Source: an uncultured delta proteobacterium (GTDB lineage Bacteria > Myxococcota_A > Polyangia > Polyangiales > Polyangiaceae). From it: a stretch of DNA of 64,000 nucleotides. The notes under the pieces are model-generated. The model worked only from the letters and a program-made list of their open reading frames with translations, did no database searches and had not been told where the DNA came from. The translations under genes and the position numbers were made by a program. Positions 41,312 to 50,859 of the stretch are shown in pieces; within the stretch, counting starts at the first letter, position 1, and each line of letters opens with the position of its first letter. Location: contig CAWDXG010000004.1 in the NCBI GenBank assembly GCA_963806225.1, forward strand, positions 3,616,001 through 3,680,000. Direction: 5' to 3'.

Positions 41312-43336
41312 ATGCGGCTCATGGGCATTCACAAGGGCTGGGCGGTGTTGTTCGCGACAGCGGGGCTGTGCGCCGCACTACCGGCGCGCGCGCAGAGCGT
41401 CGCGATCGACTCATCCCAGGCGGGGCGCGAGCAGACGATCGACGGCTTCGGCACCTGCCTGTCCGGCACCGAGGGGCAGCAGGCGTGGTTCCAGCAGCTG
41501 TATTTCGACGACATGCAGTGCTCGATGCTGCGCATGGACATCGTGCCGCACTTCAAGGCGCCGTACTCCGACCTGCACTACAACTCGCCCTGGTTCGGCC
41601 AGGCCGCGCCGATGGACCTGCCGGGGCCCGACGGCAACAATGTGCGCACGTACACCAGCGCGTCGGACTACACGAATAGCTTCGGCGGGCAGAAGGCGCA
41701 GATCGCCGTGATGGGTCCGGACATCGACAAGAACGTCCAGTACTTCAACTACGACGACGACGGCCCCAGGACGGCCGGCCTCCTGGCACAGATAGGAAAG
41801 AGCAAGCAAGCCCAGCTTGGCGACTTCAAGCTCTTCGCGTCCATGTGGTCGCCGGCACCCTGGCTCAAGCTCTCGAGCGGCAGCACCATCAGCGGCCAGA
41901 GCGATCCGCTGCCGAAGAACGGCACGGCCTGGCCGTTCATCTGGGGCGGCAACTTCTCCGGCGGCGTGCTCGACACGTCCGGCACGCCGCGGGCCGAGTT
42001 CGACGACTCGTCGCTCGGCGGCACGGGCCCCACCAGCGCGCTCACGCAGTTCGCGCGCGGGCTCGCTGCCTACCTGCGGGGCTTCCAGCAGAAGTACGGC
42101 GTGAAGCTGTACGCCATCAGCATCCAGAACGAGCTCAACTTCGAGACCTTCTACAACTCGTGCAGCTACCCGCACTCGGATGCGTATATCAAGGCGCTCA
42201 AGGCCGCGCGCGCCGAGTTGGACAAGTACCCGGACCTGAAGTCCATCCGCATCATGGGACCGGAAGATCTGCTCGGCGGGGACGGCTACGGCATGTGGGA
42301 GTACGGCGGCGGCAACAACACCACGCACAAGAACCTGCAGTACCTGCAGAACATCGCCGCCGATCCGGACGCCGACAAGGCGCTCGATTTCTTCTGCATC
42401 CACGGCTACGCCGCCGACGGCGTCAATGCCGCCGGCGCGACGCCCCAGCAGTGGGACTGGTGGGTGAACGGCTGGAGCTCGAGCCCCGCCGCAGGCCTTC
42501 CGGCGAGCGTGAAGGGCTTTGCGAGCTACGGCAAGAAGAGCTGGATGACCGAAACGAGCGGCGAGCAGCCGGACTGGCTCTCGCCGGCGAGCGGCTTCCC
42601 GGGCAAGGGCGCGTGGAGCATCGCGCTCAAGATCGAGCAGGCGCTCACGGCCGGCCAGGAGAGCGCCTGGGCGTACTGGCAGATGAGCGACGGCAAGGCT
42701 ATCAGCGCCCAGACGCTCACCGACAGCACGCTGAAGGACACCAGCCCGAAGTACATCGCGGCCAAGCACTTCTTCCGCTTCATCCGCCCTGGCGCGGTGC
42801 GTGTCGACGCGACGGTTTCCGGCTCCACGTCGCTCGCCGCGAGCGCCTATGTCCACGACGCGAACGGAACGCTGGTCATCGAGCTGGTGAATGCGTCCGC
42901 GCAGACCGTGACGGCGAGCATCGACGTGCCGGCCTATCCGGCACAGCTGTCGAGCTTCGACGTGGTGACCTCCAGCGACGGCAAGCTGTGGCAGACCTCC
43001 ACGCTCAGCGCGACCGGCGGCAAGCTCTCGGTCGACGTACCCGGCTACGGCGTGGTCACGCTCGACGGGCAGGGCGTCGGCAACGGCGGCAGCAGCGGAG
43101 CCGGCGGGACGGCGGGCGCCGCGGGCAGCGGCGCCGGGGGTGGAGGCAATAGCGGCGCGACCGGCACCGGCGGCAACGGCGCGGGCGGACCGGGCGGCGC
43201 GAACAGCACGCCGGCGGGCTCCGACAACAGTAGCGGCTGCGGCTGCCGCACCGCCGGCTCGCACTCGAGCAACGCTCCGGCATTTGCGCTCCTGGCGCTC
43301 TTCGGATGCTGGCTCGTCCGCCGCGATCGCGACTAG
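41312..43336 (+). CDS. GH30-like (clan A) glycoside hydrolase with MYXO-CTERM
   Basis: QTIDGFG, ASMWSPAPW, ISIQNE, WMTE, HFFRFIRPGAVR; Gly linker; GCGCRTAG-TM-RR. Confidence 0.85.
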   Translation: MRLMGIHKGWAVLFATAGLCAALPARAQSVAIDSSQAGREQTIDGFGTCLSGTEGQQAWFQQLYFDDMQCSMLRMDIVPHFKAPYSDLHYNSPWFGQAAPMDLPGPDGNNVRTYTSASDYTNSFGGQKAQIAVMGPDIDKNVQYFNYDDDGPRTAGLLAQIGKSKQAQLGDFKLFASMWSPAPWLKLSSGSTISGQSDPLPKNGTAWPFIWGGNFSGGVLDTSGTPRAEFDDSSLGGTGPTSALTQFARGLAAYLRGFQQKYGVKLYAISIQNELNFETFYNSCSYPHSDAYIKALKAARAELDKYPDLKSIRIMGPEDLLGGDGYGMWEYGGGNNTTHKNLQYLQNIAADPDADKALDFFCIHGYAADGVNAAGATPQQWDWWVNGWSSSPAAGLPASVKGFASYGKKSWMTETSGEQPDWLSPASGFPGKGAWSIALKIEQALTAGQESAWAYWQMSDGKAISAQTLTDSTLKDTSPKYIAAKHFFRFIRPGAVRVDATVSGSTSLAASAYVHDANGTLVIELVNASAQTVTASIDVPAYPAQLSSFDVVTSSDGKLWQTSTLSATGGKLSVDVPGYGVVTLDGQGVGNGGSSGAGGTAGAAGSGAGGGGNSGATGTGGNGAGGPGGANSTPAGSDNSSGCGCRTAGSHSSNAPAFALLALFGCWLVRRDRD

Positions 43337-43370
43337 CCTTCCGGCGCCGCCACCCCCACCCCGAGTCGTC

Positions 43371-44504
43371 ATGATCCCCAGTCAGCGCCATCTGTTCGAT
43401 CTCCCCGACGACATCGCGTACCTGAACTGCGCGTACATGGCGCCGCTGATGCGTGCCGTCACCGAGGCGGGCTGCGAGGGGGTCGAGAAGAAGGCGCGAC
43501 CATGGAAGATCTCGCCCACGGACTTCTTCGACGAGTCGGAGCAGGCGCGCGCGCTGTTCGCGGAGATCGTCGGTGCTTCGGCCGACGACGTGGCGCTGAT
43601 ACCCGCAGTCAGCTACGGCGTCGCGCTCGCGGCGCGCAACGTGCGCGTCGAGCGGGGACAACGGATCGTGGTGCTGGCCGATCAGTTCCCGTCGCACGTG
43701 TACGCCTGGCGCGAGCTCGCACGCCAGCGCGGCGCCGAACTGGTCACGGTGGAGCGCCCCGCTTCCGGAAGCTTCACGGACGCCGTGCTCGCCGCCATCG
43801 ACGAGCGGACGGCCGTCGCCGCGCTGCCGCACTGCCGCTGGACCGACGGCGCGTTGCTCGACCTCGAGCGCATCGGCGCGCGCTCTCGGGACGCGGCCGC
43901 AGCGCTGGTGCTGGACGTGACGCAGTCGCTCGGCGCGCTGCCGCTCGACGTGAAGCGGGTGCGCCCCGATTTCCTCGTGTGTGCCGCCTACAAGTGGCTG
44001 CTCGGCCCGTACTCGCTCGGCTTCCTCTACGCCGCACCCGAGCGACAGAGCGGCGAGCCGCTCGAGCACGGCTGGATCGCGCGCGCCGGCTCGGAGGATT
44101 TCGCGGGGCTGGTCAACTACCAGGACGAGTTCCAGCCGGGAGCGCGGCGCTACGACGTGGGCGAGCGCTCCAATTTCGTGCTGATGCCGATGGCCGTCGC
44201 CGCGCTCCGGCAGATCCTCGACTGGGGCGTAGAAGCGCTCGCCGAGACGCTGGCCGCACGCACCGCCGCGATCGCACGCCGCGCCGCGGATCTCGGCCTC
44301 GGTTCGCTGCCGCCCTCCGAGCGCGCCGGGCACTACCTCGGCCTCCAGTTCCCGGCGGGCGTGCCGCGAGAGCTGCCGGAAGTGCTGGCGCGCGAGCACG
44401 TGTACGTGAGCGTGCGCGGCAACTCGGTGCGCGTGACGCCGCACGTCTACAACACCGACGCCGACGTAGAGCGGCTGTTCGATGCACTCACGCGGGCGCT
44501 CTAG
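43371..44504 (+). CDS. Aminotransferase class V / cysteine desulfurase-like PLP enzyme
   Basis: YLNCAYMAP, LDVTQSLG, AAYKWLLGP, RVTPHVYN. Confidence 0.9.
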   Translation: MIPSQRHLFDLPDDIAYLNCAYMAPLMRAVTEAGCEGVEKKARPWKISPTDFFDESEQARALFAEIVGASADDVALIPAVSYGVALAARNVRVERGQRIVVLADQFPSHVYAWRELARQRGAELVTVERPASGSFTDAVLAAIDERTAVAALPHCRWTDGALLDLERIGARSRDAAAALVLDVTQSLGALPLDVKRVRPDFLVCAAYKWLLGPYSLGFLYAAPERQSGEPLEHGWIARAGSEDFAGLVNYQDEFQPGARRYDVGERSNFVLMPMAVAALRQILDWGVEALAETLAARTAAIARRAADLGLGSLPPSERAGHYLGLQFPAGVPRELPEVLAREHVYVSVRGNSVRVTPHVYNTDADVERLFDALTRAL

Positions 44505-44506
44505 CG

Positions 44507-46472
44507 TCAGTGCCTGGGGCGCCCGGGCAGCCGCCCGAACGTGTGCATCGCGTCGGAAATCAGGCTGTTGCAGGTCGCCGTGAACGGGACGATCGGGTGC
44601 TTTTCGTGCGGGTCGTCCAGGTCGTCGTAGCAGTGCCAGCTCCGGTCCCAGGCGCGGGCCTCGATTCTTGATCGGCCCCTGCTCGTAGCCCCAGTTCTCG
44701 TACGCGCAGCTCCACACGCCGCCGCAGTTCGTCAGGGCCAGGGGCTGGTCGGTCACGGTCGGCCCGAGCAGGCTGTGGCCGTGCATCCGCTCCTTCTCGC
44801 GACCGATGGCCGGATCGTGCCACACGCCCAGAAGATCGAGGATGGTGGGCGCGATGTCCACGTGGAAGTTGTAGGTATCCTTCTTGGCGCGGAGGTTCTT
44901 GGCTTCCTCTTCGCTCAGCGTTCCGGGTGGCGCGTAGATCCACGCGGGCACGTGCGTTTCCTCTTCCAGCACGCTGAAGGTGTGTCCCGTCTGGCCGTGC
45001 TCGCGGAAGGCCTCGGCGTGGTCGCTGGTGTAGACGATGACGGTGCGCTTGCCTTCGGGCGTCGAGAGCAGATGCTTGATGATCGCCGCCACGTGCAGGT
45101 CCTGCTGCCAGACGGAGTTCTGGTAGTGATTCCAGAAGGCGACCTTGTCGTCTTTCGCCTTGCTTGTGGAATACGGCTTGAAGGGTCGGTCGTAGCGATC
45201 CGAGACGAAGTACGGGAAGTGCGCGTTCGAGAAGTGCACCACCGCCATCCACGGCTCCTTGAGCTCTCCGATCTCGTGATTAACGCGATTGGCGAGCAAC
45301 CACTCGGGCGCGCCCATGTCCATGTTCGAGTAGGGCCAGAGCTCGGTGGCGCTCACGAAGTGGCTCACGCCCAGGTTCTGCACGAACAGACGCGAGTTGC
45401 CGAACATGAGGTTCTGGCTGGTCCAGTACGCGGTGTCGTAGCCGGCCGCCTTCGCGTAGTCGAAGATGAGCGGCCAGGTGAGCATCACCTTGCGCGGCGC
45501 TTCCGGCCCGGTGCCCGACCAGAGCACCGACAGCGAGATCGCCGTGGTCGAGTCCATCGAGCGCATCTCGGTCAGCGGGAAGCGACTGGGCAGGAGCTTG
45601 TTCGTGCTCTCCGTGCGGCGACAATCCGGGTCGTAGCCGATACACGTCGCATCGGCGCGAACGCTTTCAAGCAGCACGAACAGCACGTTGCGCGGCCGCG
45701 CCGGATGGGGCGTGAGCCTCGGCAGCGGCAGCGAGTGGCGCTCGGCCGGCCGGAGCTGGTGCGACTCGTCCGTCCAGCCGAGCTGCGTCGCGAGCAGACC
45801 GCCGACCGCGTTCAGGTACAGCACGTCGGGCGTGCAGGCCTCGAGCTGGCGATGCTGCGTCGGGATGGCGAAAGACGCCACCGCGAGCAGCGGCGCCAGG
45901 ATCGCTGCGTAGCTCGCCGGACGGCGGCGCGAGCGGATCACGAAGCGGGCCGCCACGACCAGCGCGATCGCCAGCAGGAACGGGAACAGATTCGCCAGCA
46001 GATAGTTGCCGATGTCGGCGAAGAGCTGGTTGAAGACGCTGTCCATCAGGTTCGACGCGAACCGCGACACGTCGATGTTCAGGTACACGTTGTACTGGTC
46101 GAAGAAGTACGCCTGGCCGCCGAACGTGCACGTCACTCCGATGACGAACAGCACCGTCGCGACCCAGCGCATGACCCCGCGCCTGCGCGACGCCGCGTAG
46201 AGCAGCACGCCCCACACGACGAGGCTCTCGAGGACGGCAAGAGCGTAGATGCCGCGATACTTCCAGGTGAGCTGCTCGATCCGCTGACCACGGCGGACGA
46301 AGTCGATGATCACCGAGGCGAGCGCTGGCGCGCAGAGCAGAGCCCAGGCGGCGATGCGCCGCAGGCGCAGCACGCGGCGTACCCGCTCGACGCGCGTTGC
46401 GTCTTCCGCGACCACCTGCGTCGCGGCCTGTTCGGGCTCGGCGGGCCGCTCTCGCTGTTCGAGCGTCTGCAA
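44507..46472 (-). CDS. Membrane-anchored sulfatase-fold transferase (EptA/LtaS-like); +1 frameshift ~44667
   Basis: 5 TMs; LLESVRAD, STTAIS, HFPY, YTSDHAE; removing one A gives KIEARAWDRSWHCYD...TGA at 44507. Confidence 0.8.
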
Positions 46473-46557
46473 GGCTACCGGGGGATGGTAGCTCGATTTC
46501 CGGGCTCCTCCACCCGCGAGGGCGCGGGCGTGCGGGCCGCGGGCCGAGCCGCCGCGC

Positions 46558-47568
46558 TCACACGCGGACCACGACCTTGCCGAGGTGTCGGCCGCTCTCC
46601 AGATACCGGTACGCTTCCGGGGCCTGCTCGAACGAGAAGACGCGATCGACCACCGGTCGCAGGCCGGTGCGCTGGATCGAGGCGTTCAGCGCTTCGAAAT
46701 GGCGGGCGCTGCCCACGTATACCGAGTCGACCCGGATGCCGCGATCGTTCTTTTCCGCTGTCTCGCGATCCGCGCGCTGGCCGCCGAGCAGCCCCACCAG
46801 CGTCAAGTGGCCGCCGTCGCGAAGCGCGCGAAGCGATGTTGCCAGCGTCGCTGCGCCGCCGACCTCGAGCAGATGATCCACGCCACGACCGCCGGTCAGC
46901 TCGCGGGCGCGCACGTCCCACTCGGGCGTCGTCTCGTAGTTGATGATGCCGTCGGCGCCCAACGCTTCGCCCCGGGCCAGCTTCTGGTCGTGGCTCGACG
47001 TGAGCAGCGCTCGCGCGCCGAAGCTCTTCGCAATCTGCAACGCGAAGATGCTGACGCCGCCGGTTCCCATGGCCAGCACGGTCTCGTTCTGCGCCAGCCC
47101 TCCGAGCTCCATCAGACCGACCCAGGCCGTCACCCCGGCGCAGGGCAGCGTCGCCGCCTCTTCGTAGGACAGCGCGGCGGGGAACTTCACCGCGCACCCT
47201 TGCTCGAACAGCACTTCCTCGGCGAGCACGCCGTCGATGGCGCCGCCGAGAGCCGAGGCGCCCTTGTCGGCGTCGAACGATCCGTCGACCCACTTCTGGA
47301 AGAAGTTGCCTGCAACGCGATCGCCCTTCTTCAAGCGGGTAACCCCCACACCGACGTCGACGACCTCGCCCGCGCCATCCGAGAGCGGCACCAGCGGCAG
47401 CGGCCGCATCCCGCGGCCGTAGCCCCCACGCGCGATCAACAGATCGCGATAGTTGAGGCTCGCGGCGCGGATGCGTACCCGCACCTGCCCCGGCCCCGGC
47501 TCCGGCGTCGGCCGGTCGACCATCGCCAACGAATCGAAACCCTGCCCCTGAAGCTCGTAGGCGCGCAT
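46558..47568 (-). CDS. NAD(P)-dependent medium-chain alcohol dehydrogenase / quinone reductase family
   Basis: AASLNYRD, PLSDGAGEV, LPCAGVTAW, GTGGVS, GKVVV. Confidence 0.92.
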   Translation of the reverse strand: MRAYELQGQGFDSLAMVDRPTPEPGPGQVRVRIRAASLNYRDLLIARGGYGRGMRPLPLVPLSDGAGEVVDVGVGVTRLKKGDRVAGNFFQKWVDGSFDADKGASALGGAIDGVLAEEVLFEQGCAVKFPAALSYEEAATLPCAGVTAWVGLMELGGLAQNETVLAMGTGGVSIFALQIAKSFGARALLTSSHDQKLARGEALGADGIINYETTPEWDVRARELTGGRGVDHLLEVGGAATLATSLRALRDGGHLTLVGLLGGQRADRETAEKNDRGIRVDSVYVGSARHFEALNASIQRTGLRPVVDRVFSFEQAPEAYRYLESGRHLGKVVVRV

Positions 47569-47692
47569 CCAGAACCTCCAATCCGCTACGTGCGCGAACG
47601 ATCACGCGAACCCGGCACACATAAGTCGCTAGATCGCGCCTGGCGAGGTCCGATTGCGGCCGGAGCTCGATCGCGCCGGCGGAGCGGCGGAA

Positions 47693-49324
47693 TCACTGCA
47701 GGATCGCGCCGCTTGTCGTCCTGCGCCGGCGCTCGGCGACAAGCAGCAGCAGACCCGCGAGGAGCCAGAAGGGCGTGCTCCGTCCGGGCGCGTCCGTCCC
47801 GCGCACGCTGCAGCCGCCGGAGGAATCCCCTATCACGCGACTGCGCTCGCCCGAGCCGGTCGTGCCGCTGCCGCCCGCGCCGCCCCATGCTCCGCCATCG
47901 ACGGACCACGCTGCACCCGCTCCGCCCGCCACGCCGCCTGTGCCCGTCGTCCCGCCGGCGCCTCCCGCGGACGGCGGAGCCAGCGGGTCGTCGAGCACGT
48001 ACACGGCGGGGCCGCTGCCCATCACGAGGAAAGGTTCGGGACGGAAGTCGACCGCCTGCGGGTAGCTGTAGACCTGGGCCGCCGGCCACGTCTCGACGCT
48101 GCCCAGGCGCCACGCCTTGAGCGACGCCGGGTTGGTGACGTGCCGACGGACCATGCCGTCGATGACCCACACCTCGGGCGTCCCGTCGTCGGCCTGCACG
48201 ACCGTCGGCGTGGCCGGCCAGTCCGGGCCAACCGGATAGGAGCTGACGGTGCTGTCGGGATAATGCGCCACGTCGTAGGTGTACGAGAACTGCCAGGCGG
48301 AAAACACCGTCGGATCGGTCACGTGGCGGAGCACACCCTGTGCGGGCAGGAGCGGCGCGGCGGGCGGCGGGCAGTCCAGCGTTTTCGGACTGTTCGTCAG
48401 AAGCTTGTTCGGCCCGCCCGCGCTGTCGATGCCGTAGGCGTAGACGGGATGCGGATTCCCATCGAGCAGACCGCGCGGCGGGTCGAGCGAGAAGCCGTGG
48501 TTGCACGAGCCCAGCGGGCCACACAGATCCTGGCGCGAGACGTTCGCCGTCGTCTTGATGCCGGTGGCGCCCGAAGCCCCTGCCTTGCCGTCGAAGTAGA
48601 CGTGCACATTGATCGACTTCTTCGGCGTGTCGGGATCCTGCGACCAGCCGGTGACGGCCGTACACGCAGCGCTGTCCAGATACCCCTTCGGCGGGGAGTC
48701 CGGAAGCGTCGGCGTGTAGCCGGCCTTGCGGATAGGCTGGAAGATGCTCTTGAACGTTCCCGACCCACCCCACCAACTGCCCTGATCGCCCAGCGAGTGA
48801 TTGCTGATGTGCGCGGCCGTGCCGGTGTGGCTCTCCTCTATCGAGCAGAACTTGGTGTGCGCACTGTCCAGCCAGCCGCCGAACAGCATCACATGTCCGG
48901 TCCCTGCAGAGACGCTGCCGGCGAAGTTGAGCGCGTCGCCGATGGTCAGATCCGACCAGGTGATCGCCGTGGCTCGACCGTTGTCGTACGGCCCATTCGG
49001 GAACATCTTGGTGGTGTTACCGGGCGTTGGCAGACTCCAGACGTACGAGACGAAACCCGAGCAGTCCGCGCGGTAGCCGCTGGTGCCGGCCTCGGTGCAC
49101 TGGCAGTACATGATGCCGGCGTCGACCCAGGCATAGGCGCGGTCGAGCATGCCCTGGGCCGAGGCCGGCGCGGCGGAGCGGATCGCTGCCTTGGTGCAGG
49201 CGGACACCGGCGCGCTGTACGGCTCGCTGGTCGTACCGACGTCTTCCCAGTCAGGAGCACCGCCGCAGGCCGAGACCAGGAGTGCCGCGACCAACACCCA
49301 CAGTCCCGATCTGGAAAGCTCCAT
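47693..49324 (-). CDS. NlpC/P60-like lipoprotein with MYXO-CTERM-type tail
   Basis: LVSAC lipobox; YRADCSGFVSYVW, GDALN, GHVMLF; GGCSVRG-TM-RRRR. Confidence 0.8.
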   Translation of the reverse strand: MELSRSGLWVLVAALLVSACGGAPDWEDVGTTSEPYSAPVSACTKAAIRSAAPASAQGMLDRAYAWVDAGIMYCQCTEAGTSGYRADCSGFVSYVWSLPTPGNTTKMFPNGPYDNGRATAITWSDLTIGDALNFAGSVSAGTGHVMLFGGWLDSAHTKFCSIEESHTGTAAHISNHSLGDQGSWWGGSGTFKSIFQPIRKAGYTPTLPDSPPKGYLDSAACTAVTGWSQDPDTPKKSINVHVYFDGKAGASGATGIKTTANVSRQDLCGPLGSCNHGFSLDPPRGLLDGNPHPVYAYGIDSAGGPNKLLTNSPKTLDCPPPAAPLLPAQGVLRHVTDPTVFSAWQFSYTYDVAHYPDSTVSSYPVGPDWPATPTVVQADDGTPEVWVIDGMVRRHVTNPASLKAWRLGSVETWPAAQVYSYPQAVDFRPEPFLVMGSGPAVYVLDDPLAPPSAGGAGGTTGTGGVAGGAGAAWSVDGGAWGGAGGSGTTGSGERSRVIGDSSGGCSVRGTDAPGRSTPFWLLAGLLLLVAERRRRTTSGAILQ

Positions 49325-49442
49325 GACTCCTCCAACGTGAAGGGTCGCTCTCCTGTCGGGCGGCGTCAAACCTGCCCGGCGGCACGAAGCGCGGCCAGGT
49401 TGGCACGAGATGTGCTCCGTGCACCTACAGGGGGGACCAGCA

Positions 49443-49604
49443 ATGGCAACGGTGACGTATCTCCCGTCTGCACTGGATGCGCAGATCAACAGTGCTGCGG
49501 ACCGGATCAAGAAGGAGCAAGCGCGCAACAGGGTGCGAGCAGCTCTGGTGCTGCTGGCCAGCGCCGCCGCTATGGTGTTCGTGGCGTACACCGCGCTGCA
49601 CTGA
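49443..49604 (+). CDS. Small membrane protein (53 aa)
   Basis: GGGGGA RBS, C-terminal TM helix. Confidence 0.5.
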   Translation: MATVTYLPSALDAQINSAADRIKKEQARNRVRAALVLLASAAAMVFVAYTALH

Positions 49605-49669
49605 TTGCGCGAACCATGCTCCGACGCGGCGCGCCACGACGCGCGGGGCGCGCGTGATATCCTCGCCAC

Positions 49670-50797
49670 ATGCGTGGCTCCCTCCTGGTTCTGCTGGTCG
49701 CGTGCACCGCCGCGTGCAGCAGCGGCGGTTCGGCGACGGGTGCAGGCGGGGCGACGAGCGATGCCTCCGCGGGTAGCGGGGGCTCGGCAGCGGGCGGCGG
49801 CGCGGGCGGACACGCGGGAGGCGGAGGCAGCGCGGGTGGGACGAACGATGCTTCGGCGGGAAACGCCGGAAGCGGCGGCCTGACTGGAGACGCCGCTGCC
49901 GGCAACGGCGGAGCAGCCGGCGATGCGGGCGGGGTCGGCGGCAGCGACGCGGGCACCGGCGGCAGCGACGCGGGCACCGGAGGCGGAACGTACCGGAACT
50001 CGCTCTCGGTGTGCTGGACCGATCCGTACTGCCCGCGCGTGTTCGCGGTCGCGCACGGCGGCGCCTGGAACGTCTCGGGTCCGCCCTACGACTCCAATGC
50101 CGCTATCGCCGCCGCCTACGCGGTCGGTTGCGACGGCGTGAAGATCGACGTGCGCGTCACCAAGGACAACGTGCCGGTCATCTCCCACTCGAGCCCGCTC
50201 CAGTACTACGAATCCATCGACTGCGGCGGCAAGAAGATCGAGGAGATGACGGCGGCCCAGGTCACGCAGTGCCATCGCTTCCCATCGACGACCGAGAAGT
50301 TCCAGCGCCTCGACGACGTGCTGGACTACCTGCGCGGCAAGATGGTCGTAGAGCTCACGGTCAAGCTCAGCACCGACATCGCGCGGACCATCCAGGAAGT
50401 GCACGCAAAGAACGCCGAGGACTTCGCCTTTCTCGAGATCTCCACGTCGGACCTCCAGAACCTGATCCCGACCCTCCAGGGTGCGGACAGCGTGTACTAC
50501 CTGATGGACCTCGGTACCAACGTGACCGAGGTCGACACGCTGCTGAACACCATCAAGAATCCGCGCGCCTTCATGTACGAGTTCGACCCCAGCGTGGATG
50601 TCTCCTCGATGACGCCCACGCGCCTGCACCCCGCCGGAGTCCGCTCGTTCACGTACACCAACGCCGCCGCGCCCACCGAGCCCCAGCTGCAGGCGCTGTT
50701 CGAGAACGGCTACGACGTGGTGTCGTCGCAGGGCGCGCAGAACGGCGTAGCGGCGCGCATCGTCGTGAACAAGAGCCACGGCGTCTCGCCGCCGTGA
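49670..50797 (+). CDS. Glycerophosphodiester phosphodiesterase-family lipoprotein
   Basis: Lipobox, Gly-rich linker, AHGGA, KIDVRVTKDNVPVISH. Confidence 0.8.
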   Translation: MRGSLLVLLVACTAACSSGGSATGAGGATSDASAGSGGSAAGGGAGGHAGGGGSAGGTNDASAGNAGSGGLTGDAAAGNGGAAGDAGGVGGSDAGTGGSDAGTGGGTYRNSLSVCWTDPYCPRVFAVAHGGAWNVSGPPYDSNAAIAAAYAVGCDGVKIDVRVTKDNVPVISHSSPLQYYESIDCGGKKIEEMTAAQVTQCHRFPSTTEKFQRLDDVLDYLRGKMVVELTVKLSTDIARTIQEVHAKNAEDFAFLEISTSDLQNLIPTLQGADSVYYLMDLGTNVTEVDTLLNTIKNPRAFMYEFDPSVDVSSMTPTRLHPAGVRSFTYTNAAAPTEPQLQALFENGYDVVSSQGAQNGVAARIVVNKSHGVSPP

Positions 50798-50859
50798 GCC
50801 GTGTCGGTCGCTATGCGCGGCGCCAGCGCCTGAAGGCGCACAACGGTATGCTGGCCGGC

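Noticed and set aside
43056..44506. C-terminal extension of the 1138-aa minus-strand ORF
   Set aside because: Frameshift read-through antisense to the aminotransferase
49936..49980. 21-nt tandem repeat (also an 18-nt one near 53824)
   Set aside because: Encodes Gly-rich linkers; ordinary
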